The position numbers and the translations under genes were made by a program. 20,220 nt of DNA from Oscillospiraceae bacterium (GTDB lineage Bacteria > Bacillota > Clostridia > Oscillospirales > Oscillospiraceae), in contig JALFTG010000094.1 in assembly GCA_022779345.1 (NCBI GenBank), positions 1-20,220 on the forward strand, read 5' to 3'. This document shows positions 1-5,156 of the stretch, in pieces. Within the stretch, counting starts at the first letter, position 1, and the number at the start of each line of letters is the position of its first letter. The notes beneath the pieces were generated by a model. It was given only the letters and a program-made list of their open reading frames with translations. It made no database searches and was not told the origin of the DNA.

Positions 1-645
1 CTTTTTCAGCAGGCTCTGGACCTGCACGCCGTATTTACCCACGATGTTGGTGTAGTACCGCCGGGCCTCGTCCAGATGATCCCGGTCAAAGTCCACCTCA
101 TCGGCGAACAGGGCGCCGTTCAGGGCACCGAAAGTGCCGAAGGCGTCGGCGGAGAAGAGGATCTTCGCCGTTTCATCATAAGTGACCATGACCTCCGGCC
201 AGTGGACCATGGGGGCCATAATGAATTTGAAGCTGTGCCTGCCGGAAGAGAAGTCGGCCTTTTCATCCACCACCTGCACCGTGTCAAAATTCTGAGCAGG
301 GAAGAAGTTCTTCAGCATGGTGACCACCTTGCTGTTGGTGACGATGGTGGTCTCCGGGTGGCGCAGCAACAGCTCGCTGACCGTGGCGGAGTGGTCCGGC
401 TCCATGTGCTGGATCACGAGATAATCCAGGCTCCGGCCGGCCAGCACATGGTCGATGTTTTCAAAAAAGACCCGGCTGACCGCGTTGTCCACCGTGTCGA
501 ACAGAACGGTTTTCTCGTCCAGCAGCAGATAGGAATTGTAGGACACGCCGTCGGGGACGGAATAGACGCCCTCAAACAGGGACAGCCGCCGGTCATTGCC
601 GCCCACCCATACCAGATCGTCGGTCACATTTCTTGTGCAGTACAT
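1..645 (-). CDS. Flavodiiron protein (FprA-type A-type flavoprotein), N-terminal metallo-beta-lactamase-like part. The 3' end lies outside the window.
   Basis: My own reverse-strand translation from ATG 645..643 reads MYCTRNVTDDLVWVGGNDRRLSLFEGVYSVPDGVSYNSYLLLDEKTVLFDTVD...LVIQHMEPDHSATV...FSADAFGTFGALNG. It contains the H-x-E-x-D-H di-iron motif. GGAGG sits 8 nt upstream of this ATG; the in-frame ATGs at 660 and 651 lack a usable SD. The frame is open to the window edge, which is why it is missing from the ORF track. Confidence 0.8.
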   Translation of the reverse strand, partial: MYCTRNVTDDLVWVGGNDRRLSLFEGVYSVPDGVSYNSYLLLDEKTVLFDTVDNAVSRVFFENIDHVLAGRSLDYLVIQHMEPDHSATVSELLLRHPETTIVTNSKVVTMLKNFFPAQNFDTVQVVDEKADFSSGRHSFKFIMAPMVHWPEVMVTYDETAKILFSADAFGTFGALNGALFADEVDFDRDHLDEARRYYTNIVGKYGVQVQSLLKK

Positions 646-777
646 AAGCATTTCCTCCATCTATTCATACAAATTTTCAAACCTGTCACAATTCTTTGTA
701 AGAAATCAGTCTATCACACAGGGGGAGTTCTGTAAACCGGTTTCTGTGTAAAATTTCCCGCACAGCGGGGAAATCTG

Positions 778-786
778 TGGTATAAT
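778..786 (+). promoter_or_regulatory. Candidate extended -10 promoter (TGgTATAAT) for the GTPase-NYN gene
   Basis: TG at 778-779, one nt, then a perfect TATAAT at 781-786, about 30 nt upstream of ATG 816. GGAG lies 7 nt before the ATG. No good -35 is present. Sequence match only. Confidence 0.4.
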
Positions 787-815
787 ACAATCATTCTGTC
801 AATCGGAGTTGGACT

Positions 816-3365
816 ATGAAGAAACTGACCATCGGCATCATGGCCCATGTGGATTCGGGCAAGACCACATTGTCCGAAGCGCTGCTGTATGAGACCGGAA
901 CCATCCGCAAGCTGGGGCGGGTGGATCACCGGGATGCCTATCTGGACCACTATGCCCTGGAGCGGGAGCGGGGGATCACCATTTTCTCCAAACAGGCCCG
1001 GCTGAAAACCCCCTCCATGGAGATCACCCTGCTGGACACCCCCGGCCACGCGGACTTCTCCGCGGAGATGGAGCGGGTGCTCCATGTGCTGGACTATGCC
1101 ATCCTGGTGATCAGCGGCACCGACGGGGTCCAGGCCCACACGGAGACCGTGTGGCATCTGCTGCAGCGGTACCGGGTGCCCACATTTCTGTTTGTGAATA
1201 AAATGGACCTGGCCGGGGCGGACCGGGGGCAGGTGCTGGCATCGCTCCGGCGGAACCTGTCGGAGGCCTGTGTGGACATGACGCCCCGGGAAGAGCTTCC
1301 GGAGGAGCTGGCAATGTGCGACGAGGCGGTGCTGGACCGGTATATGGACACCGGCGCCGTGTCAGACGCCGACATCACCGCACTTGTCCGGGAACGGAAG
1401 CTGTTCCCCTGCTGGTTCGGGTCCGCCCTGAAGCTGGAGGGCGTGGCGGAATTTCTGGACGCCCTGGAGCGGTTCACGGCCGAGCCGGAGCGGGGCAGAG
1501 AATTTGCCGCCAGCGTGTATAAGATCGCCCGGGACGCCCAGGGCAACCGCCTGACCTATCTGAAGCTCACCGGCGGCAGCCTGAAGGTGCGCTCCGCCGT
1601 TTCCTATACCGCCCGGAACGGGGACGCGCTGGAGGAGAAGGTGAACCAGATCCGCCTGTACTCCGGGGAGAAATTCGAGACGGCGGAGACGGTGTCCGCC
1701 GGGGATGTGTGCGCCGTCCTGGGCCTGACGGATACCTGGCCGGGCCAGGGCCTGGGCGCCCAGCCGGATGCGGCGGCCCCCCTGCTGGAGCCGGTGCTGT
1801 CTTACCGGATCGGCCTGCCCGCCGGGACGGACGCCCGGGTGATGCTGCCGAAGCTCCAGCAGCTGGAGGAAGAGGACCCCATGCTGCGGATCGTGTGGAA
1901 CGAACGGCTCCAGGAGATCCAGGCCGAGCTTATGGGCAGGGTCCAGATCGAGGTGCTGAAAAGCCTGATCCGGGACCGGTTCGATGTGGATGTCACCGTG
2001 GACTCCGGGCATATCTGCTACCGGGAGACCATCGCCGCCCCGGTGGAGGGCGTGGGCCATTTTGAGCCATTGCGCCACTATGCGGAGGTCCACCTGCTGC
2101 TGGAGCCCCTGCCTGCCGGGAGCGGGCTGGTATTTGGCACAGCGTGCAGCGAGGAGACCCTGGACCGGAACTGGCAGCGGCTGATCCTGACCCATCTGGA
2201 GGAGCGGCAGCATCCGGGGGTGCTCACCGGGTCGCCCGTCACGGATATGAAAATCACCCTCATCGCCGGCCGCGCTCATCTGAAGCACACGGAGGGCGGC
2301 GACTTCCGCCAGGCCACCTACCGGGCGGTGCGTCAGGGCCTGATGGAGGCGGAAAGCGTTCTGCTGGAGCCGGTTTACAGCTTCCGGCTGGAGGTGCCCG
2401 CCGACCAGATGGGCCGTGCCATCAACGACATCCGGGCCATGTCCGGCACCTTCCAGACCCCGGACGACTATGGCGAGACCGTCACCATCACGGGCACGGC
2501 CCCGGTGGCCTGCATGGGGGATTATCAGGCGGAGGTGGCCGCCTATACCCGGGGCCGTGGCCGGCTGAGCTGCGCCCTGTCCGGGTACGCCCCCTGCCAC
2601 GACGCGGATAAGGTCATCGCCGAACTGGGCTATGACCCGGACAGCGACACGGACAACCCCACCGGGTCCGTCTTCTGCGCCCACGGAGCGGGGTTCTATG
2701 TACCCTGGGATCAGGTGCGCGCCTATATGCACATCGACAGCGGCCTCAGCGACCGGCAGGGCGAAGATGCCCCCCTCCAGCCCCGGGTGTATACCCGGAA
2801 CCTGGACATCGACGAGAAGGAGCTGGAGGCCATCATGGAGCGGGAATTCGGCGCCATCCGCCGGCCCCAGTACCGCTCGGCAAAACAGGAAATGCAGCTG
2901 GAAAAGATGCGCCAGCCGGCGCCGAAAAAGGACTACATTATCGTGGACGGGTACAACATGATCTTCGCCTGGGCGGATCTGAAACCCCTGGCCGAGACAG
3001 ACCTGGATGCCGCCCGCCTGCGCCTGATGGACAAGCTGGCCAACTACCGGGCCTTCCGGGACTGCGAGCTGGTGCTGGTGTTCGACGCCTACCGGGTAAA
3101 GGGCAACCCCGGCTCCCGGTTTGACCACTTCGATGTCCATGTGGTCTACACAAAAGAGAACGAGACCGGGGATCTGTATATCGAGAAGCTGGCCAACTCC
3201 ATCGGCCGGAACTACCGGGTCCGGGTGGTGACCTCCGACGCCCTGATCCAGCTCTCCGCCCTGCGCTCCGGCGTGCTGCGGATGTCCGCCCCGGAGTTTG
3301 AGCGGGAAGTGAACGATATCCTCGCCCGCATCGACCGGTTTATCCAGGGAACCATGGAAAAATAA
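816..3365 (+). CDS. Translational GTPase of the EF-G/TetM (ribosomal-protection-like) family fused to a C-terminal YacP/Rae1-like NYN nuclease domain
   Basis: A single 849-aa ORF. G1 AHVDSGKT, G3 DTPGH and G4 NKMD are present. By eye it aligns with Tet(M)/EF-G domains I-V over roughly aa 1-650 (e.g. [45 protein letters not shown]). A roughly 55-aa charged linker follows. Then [13 protein letters not shown]...LVFDAY...[16 protein letters not shown]...VVTSD matches B. subtilis YacP/Rae1 (LVDGYNMI, VVFDAH, TKENETAD..IEKLA, ATSD). Confidence 0.9.
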   Translation: MKKLTIGIMAHVDSGKTTLSEALLYETGTIRKLGRVDHRDAYLDHYALERERGITIFSKQARLKTPSMEITLLDTPGHADFSAEMERVLHVLDYAILVISGTDGVQAHTETVWHLLQRYRVPTFLFVNKMDLAGADRGQVLASLRRNLSEACVDMTPREELPEELAMCDEAVLDRYMDTGAVSDADITALVRERKLFPCWFGSALKLEGVAEFLDALERFTAEPERGREFAASVYKIARDAQGNRLTYLKLTGGSLKVRSAVSYTARNGDALEEKVNQIRLYSGEKFETAETVSAGDVCAVLGLTDTWPGQGLGAQPDAAAPLLEPVLSYRIGLPAGTDARVMLPKLQQLEEEDPMLRIVWNERLQEIQAELMGRVQIEVLKSLIRDRFDVDVTVDSGHICYRETIAAPVEGVGHFEPLRHYAEVHLLLEPLPAGSGLVFGTACSEETLDRNWQRLILTHLEERQHPGVLTGSPVTDMKITLIAGRAHLKHTEGGDFRQATYRAVRQGLMEAESVLLEPVYSFRLEVPADQMGRAINDIRAMSGTFQTPDDYGETVTITGTAPVACMGDYQAEVAAYTRGRGRLSCALSGYAPCHDADKVIAELGYDPDSDTDNPTGSVFCAHGAGFYVPWDQVRAYMHIDSGLSDRQGEDAPLQPRVYTRNLDIDEKELEAIMEREFGAIRRPQYRSAKQEMQLEKMRQPAPKKDYIIVDGYNMIFAWADLKPLAETDLDAARLRLMDKLANYRAFRDCELVLVFDAYRVKGNPGSRFDHFDVHVVYTKENETGDLYIEKLANSIGRNYRVRVVTSDALIQLSALRSGVLRMSAPEFEREVNDILARIDRFIQGTMEK
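2928..3362 (+). other. NYN_YacP (Rae1-like) ribonuclease domain, a sub-region of CDS 816..3365
   Basis: Conserved acidic NYN motifs are present: VDGYN (Asp codon 2946-2948), VFDAY, ENETGD and VTSD. They are collinear with B. subtilis YacP/Rae1 as recalled from memory. Confidence 0.75.
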
Positions 3366-3371
3366 GCCTCC

Positions 3372-3412
3372 GCGCCGCATTCCGCAGCTTCTGCCGGAAG
3401 GCGGCGCTTTTT
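3372..3412 (+). terminator. Rho-independent terminator of the GTPase-NYN gene
   Basis: GCGCCGC (3372-3378) pairs with GCGGCGC (3401-3407), with an inner TTCCG/CGGAA extension. TTTTT follows at 3408-3412. It starts 7 nt after the TAA stop. Confidence 0.7.
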
Positions 3413-3421
3413 GTGGGTTGG

Positions 3422-3536
3422 TGACGAAAAATGACAAAGTTGAATCCGCACAGAATCGGACGGGAACGGTCGAAAAACATCGAAAAGTTTTGAAAAGTTC
3501 AGAAATCTGGCGAAAAACTGAGGTTTATGTCGATAA
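3422..3536 (+). promoter_or_regulatory. Array of five 0A-box-like motifs (nCGAAAA / TGnCGAA type) upstream of spo0A
   Basis: The motifs are TGACGAA 3422-3428, GGTCGAA 3468-3474, CATCGAA 3478-3484, TGGCGAA 3508-3514 and TGTCGAT 3528-3534. The CGA cores begin at 3425, 3471, 3481, 3511 and 3531, so the last four are spaced by exact multiples of 10 bp. Confidence 0.4.
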
Positions 3537-3550
3537 AAAATTGCCATTTT

Positions 3551-3579
3551 TTACCATTTTGTTATTGAAATACTACAAT
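3551..3579 (+). promoter_or_regulatory. Candidate sigma-A type promoter for spo0A
   Basis: -35 TTACCA (3551-3556), a 17-nt spacer, then -10 TACAAT (3574-3579), inside an AT-rich 300-bp intergenic region. Sequence match only. Confidence 0.35.
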
Positions 3580-3669
3580 TCGATGTGTAAAATGAAAATC
3601 AAATCAGCGGCTGTTCGGCTTAGAAAGAGAGATGCTGGCCGTAATTTATTGTTTGGAGGAATCAAAGTT

Positions 3670-4449
3670 ATGGAGAGCAAAGTACGCATCCTGATCGCGG
3701 AGCCGGAAGAGGAATTTCGGATGCTGCTGCGGGACACGATCTCGGAAGAAGAGGACATGGAGCTTGTCGGAGAGACCGGGGACGGTCTGGAACTGCTGAC
3801 GCTGGCGGAGCGGTATAACCCGGATATCATCCTGATGGAGCTGGTGCTCACGGGGCTGGACGGGTTCGGGGTTCTGCGGAACCTGCAGGACGCCCGGCTG
3901 ACCGGGGATGTGCTGGTGCTGTCGGCCTTTGTGAACGCCCAGACGGTCCGGGACTGCTCGGAGCTGGGTGCGGCCTGTTTCATCCCGAAACCCTGTGATA
4001 TTCCCTCTGTGATGGCCCGGATCCGTCAGCTCCGGGAGAACAAAGGGCTCCATGTTGTGAACAATCAGCCCGTCCCGGACCCTGCCCCGGACCTGGAGGC
4101 CATGGTCACGGACATCCTCCATGAGATCGGCGTGCCCGCCCACATCAAGGGCTATCAGTATCTGCGGGAGGCCATCGTGCTGACCATCAACGATATGGAC
4201 ATGATCAACGGCGTCACCAAGGTGCTGTACCCGGCGGTGGCCCGGAAATTCGGCACCACGCCCTCCCGGGTGGAGCGGGCCATCCGCCACGCCATCGAGG
4301 TGGCCTGGGACCGGGGCGATGTGGAGGTGCTGCAGAGATATTTCGGCTACACCGTCTCCGGCGTGAAGGGAAAACCCACCAATTCCGAGTTCATTGCCAT
4401 GATTGCCGACAGCCTGTCCCTGCGCCGGAAGACCATGAAAAATCAGTGA
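3670..4449 (+). CDS. spo0A: Spo0A-family sporulation/stationary-phase response regulator with an atypical receiver domain
   Basis: The C-terminal domain is nearly identical to the B. subtilis Spo0A signature: [47 protein letters not shown]. The N-terminal part has a CheY-like fold pattern. I chose the start at ATG 3670 ([11 protein letters not shown]), with GGAGG at 3655-3659. The track's 3418 start adds 84 low-complexity residues across the AT-rich intergenic region. Confidence 0.9.
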   Translation: MESKVRILIAEPEEEFRMLLRDTISEEEDMELVGETGDGLELLTLAERYNPDIILMELVLTGLDGFGVLRNLQDARLTGDVLVLSAFVNAQTVRDCSELGAACFIPKPCDIPSVMARIRQLRENKGLHVVNNQPVPDPAPDLEAMVTDILHEIGVPAHIKGYQYLREAIVLTINDMDMINGVTKVLYPAVARKFGTTPSRVERAIRHAIEVAWDRGDVEVLQRYFGYTVSGVKGKPTNSEFIAMIADSLSLRRKTMKNQ

Positions 4450-4500
4450 GACAAGCTGTGCAGGCAGAAAATCCCCGGAAAATGCTGAAAAAAATACCGG

Positions 4501-4540
4501 AAAAATCCCACGGAACCGAAAAATTCCGTGGGATTTTTCT
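4501..4540 (+). terminator. Rho-independent (bidirectional-looking) terminator after spo0A
   Basis: AAAAATCCCACGGAA (4501-4515) is the perfect reverse complement of TTCCGTGGGATTTTT (4524-4538), with an 8-nt loop. An A-run precedes it and a T-run follows. Confidence 0.75.
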
Positions 4541-4562
4541 GTAACCATTGTAACAAATTGTA

Positions 4563-4580
4563 ATCGACAAAGTTCGACAA
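4563..4580 (-). promoter_or_regulatory. Tandem 0A boxes (reverse orientation), 10 bp apart
   Basis: ATCGACAAA at 4563-4571 and TTCGACAAA at 4573-4581. The second is the exact reverse complement of the extended 0A box TTTGTCGAA; the first matches 8 of 9 positions. Confidence 0.4.
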
Positions 4581-4668
4581 ATTTCTCGTTACTTTTTGTA
4601 ACGGAAATCAGGTCTTGAGCAGATCAATTAACTGGAGAATGACGGCGATTTTGTCGGGGGTCAGAATA

Positions 4669-4775
4669 CTGTCATTGCGAGGCCCGCAGGGCCGTGGCAA
4701 TCCGTTTCCCCGTCCTGCGCGCCCCGGAGGATGCGGATTCCCACGGCTGCGCCTGGCGCAGCCTCGGAATGACAA
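4669..4775 (+). repeat. 107-nt nested-hairpin intergenic repeat, copy A (REP/MITE-like, non-coding)
   Basis: It shares four identical blocks with copy B (15533..15639): CTGTCATTGCGAGG, CGTGGCAATCCGTT, ATGCGGATTCCCACG and CCTCGGAATGACA. The outer and inner blocks form inverted repeats. The variable modules have the same lengths in both copies (10, 24 and 16 nt). Confidence 0.85.
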
Positions 4776-4791
4776 ATTTCTCCCGCCAAAT

Positions 4792-4826
4792 AAAAACGCC
4801 CGGAGAAGCTCTCTCCGGGCGTTTTT
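4792..4826 (-). terminator. Bidirectional Rho-independent terminator, serving rpmE on the minus strand
   Basis: CGCCCGGAGA (4797-4806) pairs with TCTCCGGGCG (4812-4821) around a 5-nt loop. It is flanked by A5 (4792-4796) and T5 (4822-4826) and lies 26 nt beyond the rpmE stop. Confidence 0.75.
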
Positions 4827-4851
4827 ATATCCTTATGACAGGAATATCCAA

Positions 4852-5052
4852 TTACTTCAGGTTGTAGCGCTTGTTGAACTTGTCCACGCGGCCGCTGGTG
4901 TCGACCAGCTTCTGCTTGCCGGTGTAGAAGGGGTGGCACTTGGAGCAGATTTCGACGGTGATGTTCTGCTTGGTGGAGCCGGTCTCATACACGGCGCCGC
5001 AGGCGCAGCGGATGGTGGTGGGCTGGTAATTGGGATGGATTCCTTCCTTCAT
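4852..5052 (-). CDS. rpmE: 50S ribosomal protein L31, zinc-ribbon (type A) form
   Basis: The sequence [63 protein letters not shown] is a canonical L31 with CxC...CxxC. I chose the start at the second ATG (5052) because AGGAGA lies 8 nt upstream; the track's 5070 start adds MKEKCT. Confidence 0.9.
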   Translation of the reverse strand: MKEGIHPNYQPTTIRCACGAVYETGSTKQNITVEICSKCHPFYTGKQKLVDTSGRVDKFNKRYNLK

Positions 5053-5116
5053 GGTACATTTCTCCTTCATTCAAGCTGCCTTGAGTACATTTCTGTGGTT
5101 ACAAGACGCATAGCAA

Positions 5117-5145
5117 ATCATAGCATACCCAAACGGAAATTGCAA
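5117..5145 (-). promoter_or_regulatory. Candidate sigma-A promoter for rpmE
   Basis: Read on the minus strand: TTGCAA (5145..5140), a 17-nt spacer, then TATGAT (5122..5117). It lies between the addA stop (5157) and the rpmE start. Confidence 0.5.
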
Positions 5146-5156
5146 GAGCAAATCGC

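Noticed and set aside
670-720. Possible Rex/CRP-FNR-type box (TTGTGAcaggTTtgAAAA on the minus strand) upstream of the flavodiiron gene
   Set aside because: It matches the TTGTGAAnnnnTTCACAA consensus in one half-site only. That is too weak to report as a feature without comparative data.
76-735. 219-aa plus-strand ORF covering the left end of the window
   Set aside because: It is antisense to a clearly recognisable flavodiiron protein frame (HMEPDHS and related motifs). Its composition (rich in G, V, H, Q, R) is typical of GC-rich shadow frames, and it has no motif, SD or promoter.
816-2760. Calling the GTPase a tet(M)/tet(W)-type tetracycline-resistance determinant
   Set aside because: Only family-level similarity is visible. 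There is no Tn916-like context, leader peptide or attenuator, and the NYN fusion is foreign to known ribosomal-protection genes. A resistance phenotype cannot be inferred from the sequence alone.
3335-3345. DnaA-box-like TTATCCAGG
   Set aside because: It is a single imperfect match inside a coding region, with no cluster and no adjacent AT-rich unwinding element.
1362-3437. 691-aa minus-strand ORF, plus several 60-155-aa ORFs inside 816..3365
   Set aside because: All of them overlap the GTPase-NYN frame, which carries unmistakable GTPase and NYN motifs. Their translations are Gly/Pro/Arg/His-rich low-complexity sequence. They are shadow ORFs caused by high GC3.
3418-3669. N-terminal 84-aa extension of Spo0A suggested by the ORF track (start 3418)
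   Set aside because: The extension runs through an AT-rich region containing promoter-like and 0A-box-like motifs, encodes low-complexity Lys-rich sequence, and has no SD. ATG 3670 gives the canonical Spo0A N-terminus and has an upstream GGAGG.
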